A stretch of 64,000 bases of DNA from Gemmatimonadota bacterium (GCA_039589615.1 JBDHHA010000024.1:3888-67887), one strand, 5' to 3'. Positions 52,707 to 61,469 are shown, numbered from the stretch's first letter. The notes: generated by a model not told the origin, from the letters alone. Numbers and translations: made by a program.

Positions 52707-53069
52707 GGTTGGTGGAGTGCGGTGGTCGCGCCCCGCCCTTGAGGCGGGTCGAGGAAAGTCCGAGCTCCGCAGGGCAGATTGCCAGGTAACGCCTGGGCGC
52801 CGGAAGGCGACGGATAGGGCCACAGAAAACAAACCGCCCGGAAACGGGTAAGGGTGAAATGGTGGGGTAAGAGCCCACCGCGCGGCTGGTAACAGCCGTG
52901 GCACGGCAACCCCCAATCGGAGCAAGGCCAAATAGGCGATGAGGTCCGGCCCGGACCGCTCGAATCGCGGGTAGGCTGCCGGAGGCGGCGGGTGACCGCC
53001 GTCGTAGACAGATGACCATCCACTCGCTGCACGCGAGTGAACAGAACTCGGCTTACGGCTCCGCCAACC
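52707..53069 (+). ncRNA. rnpB: RNase P RNA, bacterial type A
   Basis: Universal motifs are present: GAGGAAAGTCCGAGCTC, GCCAGGTAACGCCTGGG, CACAGAAAACAAACCGCC, GGGTAAGGGTGAAATGGTGGGGTAAGAGCCCACC and ACAGAACTCGGCTTAC. A P1 stem forms between GGTTGGTGGAG (52707-52717) and CTCCGCCAACC (53059-53069). Confidence 0.93.
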
Positions 53070-53105
53070 TCCCTTCTCGGGGCCGTCGCAACCGAACGAG
53101 GACAA

Positions 53106-53939
53106 ATGAATCTGCGTCGCACCTGGCCCGTTGCTGCCGGGTTGGTCGTTTCCTGCGCCTCGGTCGATCCCGGCGTCCCTCCCGAGGGCCCGCCGCCGCC
53201 CACCCCCTCCGCGGTCGTCTTCGCCCCGGCGACCGCGTCCTATCTCTCCACCACACATCGGCTGGTGGAGCGGGACGTCCAGGGCCGCACCCGCAGCGAC
53301 AGCATTCTGCTACGCTTTCGTGTCTCTACGGTGATCTCCGACGTCGACTCGGCTCTCGCGATCTCCTTCGTCATTGACTCGGTCCTCGCCGCGACCGCAC
53401 AGAACATCCTGCCCCGAGAAATGGCCGCTGCCAGCGGTGCGACGTTCACCGCACAGCTCTCGGAAACCGGTCGCATGGAGGGATTCGCCGGGGGCGATAC
53501 CCAATCCCCGTTGCAGCAGGACATCGCCTCCCGCGCCGCCAGCTTCTTCCCCACGCTGCCCGCTGGAGGGATGGTGCCCGGTGCAACCTGGGTCGACACG
53601 TCGGAGGTGCAGCGCGACCAAGCCGGAGCACGTCTGACGATCAACGCCGTCGTGGTCTACCGGAGCGGAGAGTGGGAGGACTGGGCATCGGGAAACGAGG
53701 CCCTCCCCGTGGAGTGGGATCGTGTCTACAGCCTCGGGGGAACCGGCGAGCAGTTCGGTCAGCCGTTCACGCTGCAGGGCGAGGGGACGGCGTCGGGGAG
53801 CGCCCTCTTCGGATCCGACGGACGGTTTCTCGGTTCGGTGAGTCGCGAGGAGCTCGTGGCCCAGCTGTCCATCGACGCATTGGGAATCGTGACCCCGGTG
53901 CGACAACTACAATCCGACACAGTGAGGATTCTTCAATAA
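53106..53939 (+). CDS. Hypothetical lipoprotein
   Basis: ATG 53106 gives MNLRRTWPVAAGLVVSCAS (lipobox LVVSC) followed by a Pro-rich linker. I recognise no family. The track start 53037 lies inside rnpB and was rejected. Confidence 0.6.
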   Translation: MNLRRTWPVAAGLVVSCASVDPGVPPEGPPPPTPSAVVFAPATASYLSTTHRLVERDVQGRTRSDSILLRFRVSTVISDVDSALAISFVIDSVLAATAQNILPREMAAASGATFTAQLSETGRMEGFAGGDTQSPLQQDIASRAASFFPTLPAGGMVPGATWVDTSEVQRDQAGARLTINAVVVYRSGEWEDWASGNEALPVEWDRVYSLGGTGEQFGQPFTLQGEGTASGSALFGSDGRFLGSVSREELVAQLSIDALGIVTPVRQLQSDTVRILQ

Positions 53940-53940
53940 A

Positions 53941-54786
53941 GTGTTCCGCTTTGTGCTGCTCCTCATTGGGCTCTCGAGCCTCTCCATCGAAACCGTCACG
54001 GCGCAGATCCTGCCCGTCCGAGCCCGAGACTATCTCTTTCTCACGAATGTGGCAGACGTCCGTGCGCTCTGGGTCAATCCCGCTGGTCTGGGTATCGTCC
54101 CCGAAGCGTCCATCTTCGGCGAGCTGACGTTCGATCGCACGAGCGGTGACCTGCGCGTCGAGCAGTACTCCCTCGGATTCAACTCCCGGGGCTTTGCTTT
54201 GGGCTACCAGCGGAACCGATTCGTGGACGAGGAGTCGGTGGGTATCCTGCGGACGGGCTTCGGGTACCCCTTGCGGCGCGGGGCGCTCGGTGGGGCGGTA
54301 TCCCGCTACAGCCAGGACTCCACCAAGACCTACGGGTTGGAGGTGGGTCTCGCCTTCATTCCGAGACTGAAGGTGCCGCTACAGCTGGGGGCCGTCGTGC
54401 GTCACATCGGGCGGCCCACCGTGCGGGGCCAGGATCTTCCCGTAACTGGCATTGGGGCGGTCCAGCTGTCCACGAGCCATCTCCAGATCAATTGGGAAAC
54501 GCACGCCGCCGAGCGAGTGGAGACCGGAGTGTCCGGGTTCGACCTGGCGCACCGGGCGGGTGCGCGGGTGATGTTCGGCGCCGGGCGGCTGCCGATCATC
54601 TTGATCGGCGCAGTCGATCTCGGATCGAACATGCGAATCGATGAGGTCAACGTGGGGTTCTCGATTGGGGGGCCGCGTCAGGTGACGGCCATGGGCTCTT
54701 TGGTGGAGCAAGGAGACAATCCCGTATTCCAGCGCTTCAGTGGCACGCTCGTGGCGACCAATCCCATCGCCACCGCGGGTCGGTGA
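53941..54786 (+). CDS. Hypothetical secreted protein, outer-membrane beta-barrel-like
   Basis: GTG 53941 is 1 nt after the upstream stop. Signal peptide MFRFVLLLIGLSSLSIETVTAQ. It has many short alternating-hydrophobic strands (YSLGFNSRGFALGY, GLEVGLAFIP, GIGAVQLSTSHLQINWE, VNVGFSIGG) and a WVNPAGLG motif. There is no C-terminal aromatic residue. Confidence 0.5.
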   Translation: MFRFVLLLIGLSSLSIETVTAQILPVRARDYLFLTNVADVRALWVNPAGLGIVPEASIFGELTFDRTSGDLRVEQYSLGFNSRGFALGYQRNRFVDEESVGILRTGFGYPLRRGALGGAVSRYSQDSTKTYGLEVGLAFIPRLKVPLQLGAVVRHIGRPTVRGQDLPVTGIGAVQLSTSHLQINWETHAAERVETGVSGFDLAHRAGARVMFGAGRLPIILIGAVDLGSNMRIDEVNVGFSIGGPRQVTAMGSLVEQGDNPVFQRFSGTLVATNPIATAGR

Positions 54787-54807
54787 GCCAGGAGCGAGCC
54801 TCTACCC

Positions 54808-55914
54808 TCAGTCCACCAGCCGCAGCGGCATGACGAGGCAGAGGTATGACGCCGGATCATCCCACCCCACGGGCTCCATCGTCGCTGCCCGCTCCGGCGC
54901 CTTGAGGGTGAACCGCACTTCGTCCGTCGGCATGAACTTCAGCAGCTCCAAGAGGTACGTGGCGTTGAAGCCGATTTCCAGCGGCTCGCCATCGTAGGTC
55001 GCCTGAATCTCGTCCTGGGCCTCGCCCAAGTCCGGTGTACTCACCGAGAACTTCAAGATGCCACTCCCGAATGACAGTCGTACCCGGTGTGTCTGGTCGC
55101 TGGCGACGATCCCCACCCGACGGATGGCCGACGCGAGGGCCTGGCGATCCACGATCACAACCTTGTCGTTGTCCTGGGGAATTACCTGCTCGTAATTGGG
55201 GTACGGACCCTCGATGAGGCGCGTGAAAATGAGTGTGTTCCCCGAGCGGAACCCCAAATGATTGTCGCTCCGTGCTACGTCGATCTCCTCCGCCGGTCCG
55301 AAGAGACGTCGGATCTGTTCTAGGGCCTTCGGTGGTACGATCAGATCGGCTGCCGACCCACCCGACACAGCGATGTCCATCTTTGCCAAGCGGTGACCGT
55401 TCGTCGCCACCATCCGCATCCGGTCCTCCCGCATCTCCCACAACACACCATTGAGGATCGGCCGGCTTTCCTCTGTCGATGCGGCAAACGCCACGTGGTT
55501 GATCAAGTTCTGGATATCCCCCGACGTCATCTTCCACGCATCATCGAATGAGACTGCCGGGAAGCTCGGAAACTCATCTCGGAGAATGCCGAGTAGCTTG
55601 AAACGCGACGGTCCACACTCCACCGTGACCCGCTGTTCGCCAGCGGCAGAAAACTTAATTCCTGCACTTGGTAACTCGCGTACAATCTCCACCAACTTCT
55701 TCGCCGGAAGCGTCACTGCTCCTTCAGCTTCGACGTCTGCCGGTACGACGGTGCTAACGGCAATATCCAAATCCGTACCCGCCAAGCGGACACCGTCTGC
55801 CGTAGCCTCAACGAGAATGTTCGAGAGCACCGGCAGCGTAGTCCGCGTAGGAACGCTGGACGCCACGGCGATGAGGCCTTCCTGGAGTTGCTCTCGGGTG
55901 ATTGTAAACTTCAT
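54808..55914 (-). CDS. dnaN: DNA polymerase III beta sliding clamp
   Basis: MKFTITREQLQEGLIAVASSVPTRTTLPVLSNILVEA, and a three-domain length of 368 aa ending in MPLRL. Confidence 0.95.
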   Translation of the reverse strand: MKFTITREQLQEGLIAVASSVPTRTTLPVLSNILVEATADGVRLAGTDLDIAVSTVVPADVEAEGAVTLPAKKLVEIVRELPSAGIKFSAAGEQRVTVECGPSRFKLLGILRDEFPSFPAVSFDDAWKMTSGDIQNLINHVAFAASTEESRPILNGVLWEMREDRMRMVATNGHRLAKMDIAVSGGSAADLIVPPKALEQIRRLFGPAEEIDVARSDNHLGFRSGNTLIFTRLIEGPYPNYEQVIPQDNDKVVIVDRQALASAIRRVGIVASDQTHRVRLSFGSGILKFSVSTPDLGEAQDEIQATYDGEPLEIGFNATYLLELLKFMPTDEVRFTLKAPERAATMEPVGWDDPASYLCLVMPLRLVD

Positions 55915-56146
55915 TGCCGTGCCCCGCGTGGAAAGAGATAACTATCTCTGTACTATATAAGAAACTAGTAGTAGTAGTAGAGGTTCTTGATATCTGGAGA
56001 AATCGCGTAACTCAGTGAATCCATTATATGTTGCGTCCCCGTAACTCATGTGGCTTGTCTGTTGGCCGGTGGGGATGATGTGGGGAGAATGGGAAATGCA
56101 GCATAGATTCCCACGGCTTCCAACACCGACTTACCACAGGTGTGTA
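55915..56146. other. Candidate oriC / DNA-unwinding region in the dnaA-dnaN spacer
   Basis: An AT-rich tract (about 55934-56035) in a GC-rich genome, a (TAG)5 run, a 7-bp inverted repeat, and two phased degenerate DnaA-box-like 9-mers. See the findings for details. Confidence 0.55.
55966..55980 (+). repeat. (TAG)5 trinucleotide run (DnaA-trio-like)
   Basis: TAGTAGTAGTAGTAG read directly from the sequence. Confidence 0.9.
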
Positions 56147-57526
56147 TTACGGTGCGGATAACTCGCGTCGCGCGAGTTCGATCCGCTCACGGAACTGGCG
56201 GTCTCGCCGCATTTGGTGCTCTACCTTACCGACGCTGTGAATGACCGTGGAGTGATCGCGGCCGCCAAACGCCTGGCCGATCTCCACGAGTTGCATCCCC
56301 AAGAGGTCCCGGGCCAAGAACATCGCCACCTGGCGGGGTACGGTGAGAGTCTTCGTCCGCGACTTCGAACGGAGGCCCTCGGGTGTGACGCCCCAGCGCC
56401 TGGCTACAACCTCCTGCACCCGGTCGACGGTAGGGGCGGCGGCGAGAGACTCCGAGCTATCGCGGTCGCCGTGGCGGATCTTGTCCGACAGCGCCTCCCG
56501 GGCGAGATCGACGCTCACCTCGCGGTGCTTCAGCGAGGCGAAGAGCAACAATTTGATGATGCACCCCTCCAGCTCCCGCACTGAGCTGCGCACGTGTTCG
56601 GCGATGAAGCGCAGGACATCGTCCGGGATCGTGAGTTCGAGGTGTTCTTGTTCCGCCTTCTTCCGCAGAATGGCGATCCGGTGTTCCAGGTCGGGCTGAC
56701 CGATGTCCGCAACCATCCCCCACTCGAACCGGCTGACCAACCGGGACTCGAGGCCGGGAATCTCGTTGGGTGCCCGATCGGAGGTGACGACGATCTGCTT
56801 GCCGGCTTCGTGGAGTGCGTTGAAGGTGTGGAAGAACTCCTCCTGGGTCATTTCCTTCCCCTCCAGGAAGTGCACGTCGTCGACCAGGAAGATGTCGGAT
56901 TCGCTCCGGTAGCGGCGCCGGAATTCGGGCATGGTCCGGCTGTGGATGCTCTCGATGACCTCGTTGATGAACTGCTCGGCACCCAGGTACACGACCCGAT
57001 TCGTGGGATTGCGCTCCACGAGGGCGTGGGCGATGGCCTGCATGAGGTGGGTCTTTCCCAGTCCCGTGGCACCATAGATGAAGAGCGGGTTATATGTCTT
57101 GCCCGGAGCCTCCGCCGCGGCGTGGGCCGCCGCGGCGGCCAGCTCATTGGATTTCCCGATGACGAAGGTCTTGAAGGTGTAGCGATGGTTGAGCGGCGTG
57201 GCCATGGGCGCCGGCCCATTCCCTTGATTGGGGGGCGGCGCGACGAAGAAATCCATCTGCGGGCGCTCGGTGCGCTCCGCCTGGACCTGGAAGACGACGT
57301 CGAGAGGGGTCCCGAAGGTCCTGGCAGCCAGCCGGGACAGAAGCTGGGCGTGCTTGGACTCGTTCCACTCCACCGCGAATTGATCCGGGGCACTCACGAC
57401 CAGCCGGCCCTCGTCGAGCGCCACCGGTTCGGTGGGTTCGAGCCAGGTTCGCATAGTAGCCTCGGGTAGCTCTAGGCGTGCCTCCTTGAGCAGACGCGCC
57501 CAGGTCTCTTTGGCTGACAGATCCAT
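56147..57526 (-). CDS. dnaA: Chromosomal replication initiator protein DnaA
   Basis: AAA+ Walker A YGATGLGKTHL, box VII/sensor motifs, and the domain IV signature FGGRDHSTVIHS. I prefer ATG 57526 (MDLSAKETWARLL) over the track start 57598. Confidence 0.95.
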   Translation of the reverse strand: MDLSAKETWARLLKEARLELPEATMRTWLEPTEPVALDEGRLVVSAPDQFAVEWNESKHAQLLSRLAARTFGTPLDVVFQVQAERTERPQMDFFVAPPPNQGNGPAPMATPLNHRYTFKTFVIGKSNELAAAAAHAAAEAPGKTYNPLFIYGATGLGKTHLMQAIAHALVERNPTNRVVYLGAEQFINEVIESIHSRTMPEFRRRYRSESDIFLVDDVHFLEGKEMTQEEFFHTFNALHEAGKQIVVTSDRAPNEIPGLESRLVSRFEWGMVADIGQPDLEHRIAILRKKAEQEHLELTIPDDVLRFIAEHVRSSVRELEGCIIKLLLFASLKHREVSVDLAREALSDKIRHGDRDSSESLAAAPTVDRVQEVVARRWGVTPEGLRSKSRTKTLTVPRQVAMFLARDLLGMQLVEIGQAFGGRDHSTVIHSVGKVEHQMRRDRQFRERIELARRELSAP

Positions 57527-57654
57527 GTGCAACAGGTACGGCGGTGGATGGTTTCTAAGGGGGCGCAAGATTGTATTTCCCGGATGTGGAAAAGTCAACC
57601 TTGACCCCGAGCGCGCTGGGCTACTAGCTTTCTCGGCTCGATTGAGGAAACAAG

Positions 57655-57816
57655 ATGAGACCGACGTACAGGCCCCGTAACAGACGCCGCATCAACAAAC
57701 ACGGCTTCCGGGCGCGCATGAAGACGCGCTGGGGACGTGAAATTCTGAGTCGGCGCCGGAAGAGGGGCCGCAAGAGGTTGGCAGTCGCACTGCCCACCAA
57801 GCATGGAGGCAGCTGA
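57655..57816 (+). CDS. rpmH: 50S ribosomal protein L34
   Basis: Below the track length cut-off. My translation is [63 protein letters not shown] lies 6 nt upstream. Confidence 0.92.
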   Translation: MRPTYRPRNRRRINKHGFRARMKTRWGREILSRRRKRGRKRLAVALPTKHGGS

Positions 57817-58157
57817 CGTCCGAGGGGCTCCCCCGGAGTTCGCGTATTTCGCGCGGGTCAGACCTCAAGGCGATCCAGCAGAGTGGACGCCATCGCCGTA
57901 CCCCCCTTCTGGATATTTCCTGGCGGTCGAATGATCTGGGTCACCCCCGATTGGGGCTTATCGTGCCTAGGCATGGCGCCACGGCAGTCGCTCGTAACAA
58001 GGTGCGCCGGCGTCTGCGGGAGTGCTCCCGTCGCCGAATCCTTCCCAGGCTGTGGGCCGTAGATTTGGTGGTCCGGGCGCGCCCGGCGGCATACCAGGCG
58101 ACATTTGAGGAGTTGAATGGGGAGCTCGATCAATGGCTGGTCTCAGTATCCGAGTGA
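57813..58157 (+). CDS. rnpA: RNase P protein component; start codon unresolved
   Basis: The track gives only the C-terminal 68 aa from TTG 57951 (includes [12 protein letters not shown]). The same frame is open from 57741 and encodes the expected N-terminal part ([32 protein letters not shown]...), but contains no ATG/GTG/TTG. The 5' coordinate given is the CTG overlapping the rpmH stop and is provisional. Confidence 0.7.
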   Translation: MTSEGLPRSSRISRGSDLKAIQQSGRHRRTPLLDISWRSNDLGHPRLGLIVPRHGATAVARNKVRRRLRECSRRRILPRLWAVDLVVRARPAAYQATFEELNGELDQWLVSVSE

Positions 58158-58372
58158 AGCGGATTCCCCGCTTGGCTGTGATGGGCGTGATCAAGCTCTA
58201 CCAGCTGTTGGCTTCGCCGTTCCCATCGCCGTGTCGGCACACGCCGTCCTGCTCCATGTACACGCTCGAGGCAGTGAACCGGTACGGGGTGCTCAAGGGC
58301 TGCTGGTTGGGCATTCGCCGGATCGGCCGCTGTCACCCGTTTTCACAGGGCGGCTACGACCCCGTCCCATGA
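58133..58372 (+). CDS. yidD: Membrane protein insertion efficiency factor YidD
   Basis: [11 protein letters not shown]...[23 protein letters not shown]...RIGRCHPF. Confidence 0.9.
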   Translation: MAGLSIRVKRIPRLAVMGVIKLYQLLASPFPSPCRHTPSCSMYTLEAVNRYGVLKGCWLGIRRIGRCHPFSQGGYDPVP

Positions 58373-58385
58373 CCGATAGACGCTA

Positions 58386-60110
58386 ATGGACCGCCGCTTG
58401 CTCCTCGCGATCACGCTCATTCTGATCGTGCTGATTCTCCCGTCGCTGATCTTCGAGGCCCCGCCCCCGCCCCCGCCCCCGCCGCCGAGCTCCGCGCCAG
58501 CGGTGGCCGACTCCCAGGCCGACCCCCAGGCTGGGGTGGCCACACCGGAGCGGGAGCTCCCGGAGACGATGAGGCTCGACACGACCCCGGTGATCGAGGC
58601 GGAACCGGACCTGGCGGTGGTGACGGAACCCGTCGTCGTGGCGTCGCCACTCTATCGGTTCTCGTTTTCGCCGATTGGGGCCCGCTTGGTGGGGGCTGAG
58701 CTCCTCGAGTATCGCTCGTTCACGGCTGGCGACGAAGGTGTGGCCCAGCTGATACCCGACCTCTCCGGGTTTCTCAGTTACCGGTTGGTATTTGGCAACG
58801 ACACCGTTTCGCTGGCCGACTGGCACTTCGAGCCCTCCGCCGAGCAGGTGGACGTGGGCCCGGGCGGGGCGTCCCTGACGTGGGTGGCCCGGCGGGGCGC
58901 AGCGACGATCCGTCTCACCTACACCTTCCGCCCCGATAGCTATCGGTTCGAGGTGCGGGGTGAGTTCGAGGGGATCGCATCCGCCGGCGTGGTGGTGGTG
59001 GGCATGGGGCCGCGCCTCCGGTCCACGGACTCCGACTCCATCGTGGATTTCCGATCCTACGGCGTTGTCACCAAGAATCGCTCCACGGACAAGCTCAAGT
59101 TCACCTCCCTCGACTTCGGGGAATCCCGCTCCTTGGCGGGGCCGTTCGAGTGGGTGTCGATCAAATCGAAATACTTCCTGGCGACGATCCTGGCCGTCGG
59201 TGAAGGCCAGCCCCGCTTTGGCGGAGCCCACGTCACCGGCGGACCACGTACCCAGGCTCGGACCAAGGGATTCCTTGGAACCTTTGCCAAGCGCGATGTG
59301 TCGGTGGCGACACAGGTGAACGTGCTGGCGTCGCTGCCGGTGCCGGCGGGGAGCTTTGCGTTCTCCATGTATCTGGGTCCCCAGGAGTACCGCCGGCTCT
59401 CCCGGATAGGCCACGAACTGGAGGATGTGAATCCCTACGGGTGGATTCTTCGTCCCATCATCGGACCGCTGTCCATCCTCGTGGAGCGCCTGCTCCTGTG
59501 GATGCACGAAACGCTGAACTTGCCGTACGGGTGGGTGCTTGTGCTCTTCGGGGTGGCGATCCGACTGGCACTGTGGCCGTTGAACAACAAGGCGATGCGC
59601 TCCCAGATGGCGATGCAGGCCCTCCAGCCCGAGATGAAGGCCGTTCAGGAGCGCTACAAGAACGACCGACAGAAGCTGAACCAGGAGATGATGAAGCTGT
59701 ACAAGCATCACGGCGCCAGCCCTCTGGGCGGATGTCTGCCGATCCTGTTACAGATGCCGATCCTCTTCACCCTCTTTTTTGTGTTCCTGAACACGATCGA
59801 GTTTCGGGGCGTGCCGTTCCTGTGGCTGCCCGACCTATCCCTGGCCGACCCGCTGTTGATCATTCCGCTGGTGATGGGCGGGTCGATGTTCGCGCTGTCC
59901 AAGATCGGCCAGATCGGCGTGCCGCCCAATCCACAGACCAAGATGATGGTCTATGTGATGCCGGTGGTGTTCACGGTTCTGTTCCTCCAGTTCTCGTCGG
60001 GGCTCAACCTCTACTACGCCACCAGCAACATTACGAGCCTGCCGCAGCAGTGGATGGTGGCCCGGGAACGCCTCCGCCGCGCCAACAAGAAGAAGACCGC
60101 CAAGACGTAG
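58386..60110 (+). CDS. yidC: Membrane protein insertase YidC
   Basis: N-terminal TM, a large periplasmic beta-sandwich, and the conserved 5-TM core (WPLNNKAMRSQMAMQALQPEMKAVQERYKND, GCLPILLQMPILF). Confidence 0.94.
   Translation: MDRRLLLAITLILIVLILPSLIFEAPPPPPPPPPSSAPAVADSQADPQAGVATPERELPETMRLDTTPVIEAEPDLAVVTEPVVVASPLYRFSFSPIGARLVGAELLEYRSFTAGDEGVAQLIPDLSGFLSYRLVFGNDTVSLADWHFEPSAEQVDVGPGGASLTWVARRGAATIRLTYTFRPDSYRFEVRGEFEGIASAGVVVVGMGPRLRSTDSDSIVDFRSYGVVTKNRSTDKLKFTSLDFGESRSLAGPFEWVSIKSKYFLATILAVGEGQPRFGGAHVTGGPRTQARTKGFLGTFAKRDVSVATQVNVLASLPVPAGSFAFSMYLGPQEYRRLSRIGHELEDVNPYGWILRPIIGPLSILVERLLLWMHETLNLPYGWVLVLFGVAIRLALWPLNNKAMRSQMAMQALQPEMKAVQERYKNDRQKLNQEMMKLYKHHGASPLGGCLPILLQMPILFTLFFVFLNTIEFRGVPFLWLPDLSLADPLLIIPLVMGGSMFALSKIGQIGVPPNPQTKMMVYVMPVVFTVLFLQFSSGLNLYYATSNITSLPQQWMVARERLRRANKKKTAKT
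58461..58487 (+). repeat. CCGCCC hexanucleotide repeat encoding nine consecutive prolines in YidC
   Basis: CCG CCC CCG CCC CCG CCC CCG CCG CCG, read in the yidC frame (EAPPPPPPPPPS). Confidence 0.9.
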
Positions 60111-60123
60111 TAGCTTTCACCCC

Positions 60124-61467
60124 ATGTTGACGGACGTCATCGCCGCGATAGCGACGCCCCCCGGGCGGTCGGCCATCGCGGTCGTTCGCGTGTCGGGTGA
60201 CGGAGCACACGAGGTGGCGGCGCGGGTGGTAGAATCCCTCCGCTCCGATCGCGAGCGTGGTGCTACCCGGAGTCGCATCGTCCATCCCACCACGAACGAA
60301 GTGATCGACGACGCGTTGTGTGTCGCCTTCCGGGCACCTCGGTCGTACACGGGTGAGGACCTGGTCGAGATATCGACGCACGGTGGACTCCTGGTGCCGG
60401 CGGAGACCCTGGGGGCCCTCGTTGCCGCTGGGGCCAGGGTGGCTGCCCCGGGAGAGTTCACGCGGCGCGCCGTGCTCAACGGCAAGATGGACCTGCTCCA
60501 GGCGGAGGCGGTGGGGGATTTGGTCGACGCCACGGCACCCGCCCAGCGGCGCGCCGCCTTGGGACAGCTGGACCGGGGCCTGTCGCTGCGTGTTGAGGAC
60601 CTCCGACGACAGGTGTTGGAGCTGGAAGCGCTGGTGTCCTACGAGATCGACTTCCCCGAGGAGGATAGTGGCCCGGTGCCGCCGGAGCGGATCGAGGGTG
60701 CGGTGGGCGCCTTGCGGCAGGCGTTCGGGGCTCTCTCCCGCACCGCCGCAGAGGGAGAGCGACTGCGAGAGGGGGCCCTCGCCGTCGTGGCGGGCCGGCC
60801 CAACGTCGGCAAATCGTCCCTCTTCAACGCCCTCGTGGGCCGCGACCGGGCCATCGTCACCGAGATCCCCGGCACGACACGGGATGCCATCGAGGCGCCG
60901 GTGGCGTGCGACGGGTTCCCCTTTCGGCTCGTGGACACGGCCGGGCTGCGCTCGTCGGGGGATCGGGTCGAACGTCTCGGTGTCGAGGTCAGCCACCGTT
61001 ACCTGAGCGGCGCCGACGTGGTGATCTTCTGCGTGGAGTGCGGGCGCGAGCTCGACCGAAACGAAGAAGAGTTCCTGGAATCGCTCCGCGACAGGGCGCT
61101 GGTGGTGCAGACCAAGGCCGATCTTGCCCCCTCGGGCGCCGGCTCCCGGATCGGCCTTCGGGTGTCGGCCGTTAGCGGCGAGGGGCTTCCGGAGCTACGC
61201 GCCGAGTTGGCGCGCTTTGCCTTCGCGGGTCTCAGCGGCAGCGGAGATGTGGAGCCCCTGGTCACCCGGGAGCGACATCGTGCGGCGTTGGAGACGGCCC
61301 TCGAGGAGACTTCGGCGTTTCACGACGCTCGCGCGTCAGGCTTGGAGGGGGCGGTGGCGGCCGTGCATCTCCGGTCGGCGGTGCGTGCCCTGGAGGATAT
61401 CATCGGCGTGGTCACCAGCGAGGACGTGTTGGAGCAGGTGTTCGCGTCGTTTTGCGTCGGGAAGTAG
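60124..61467 (+). CDS. mnmE: tRNA modification GTPase MnmE (TrmE)
   Basis: G1 GRPNVGKSSLFNAL, G3 DTAGLR, and the C-terminal FCVGK (CxGK) motif. Confidence 0.93.
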   Translation: MLTDVIAAIATPPGRSAIAVVRVSGDGAHEVAARVVESLRSDRERGATRSRIVHPTTNEVIDDALCVAFRAPRSYTGEDLVEISTHGGLLVPAETLGALVAAGARVAAPGEFTRRAVLNGKMDLLQAEAVGDLVDATAPAQRRAALGQLDRGLSLRVEDLRRQVLELEALVSYEIDFPEEDSGPVPPERIEGAVGALRQAFGALSRTAAEGERLREGALAVVAGRPNVGKSSLFNALVGRDRAIVTEIPGTTRDAIEAPVACDGFPFRLVDTAGLRSSGDRVERLGVEVSHRYLSGADVVIFCVECGRELDRNEEEFLESLRDRALVVQTKADLAPSGAGSRIGLRVSAVSGEGLPELRAELARFAFAGLSGSGDVEPLVTRERHRAALETALEETSAFHDARASGLEGAVAAVHLRSAVRALEDIIGVVTSEDVLEQVFASFCVGK

Positions 61468-61469
61468 CG

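Noticed and set aside
52376-53258. Minus-strand ORFs (275, 190 and 116 aa) and the plus ORF start at 53037 covering 52.4-53.3 kb
   Set aside because: The region 52707-53069 is RNase P RNA, with all universal motifs present. The ORFs are byproducts of the GC-rich structured RNA gene.
56153-56161. Best DnaA-box match (TGCGGATAA, 1 mismatch)
   Set aside because: It is not counted as an independent regulatory site because it lies inside the last codons of dnaA. It is mentioned only as supporting context for the oriC candidate.
58383-59711. 442-aa minus-strand ORF opposite yidC
   Set aside because: It is antisense to a conserved essential gene and has an artefactual composition.
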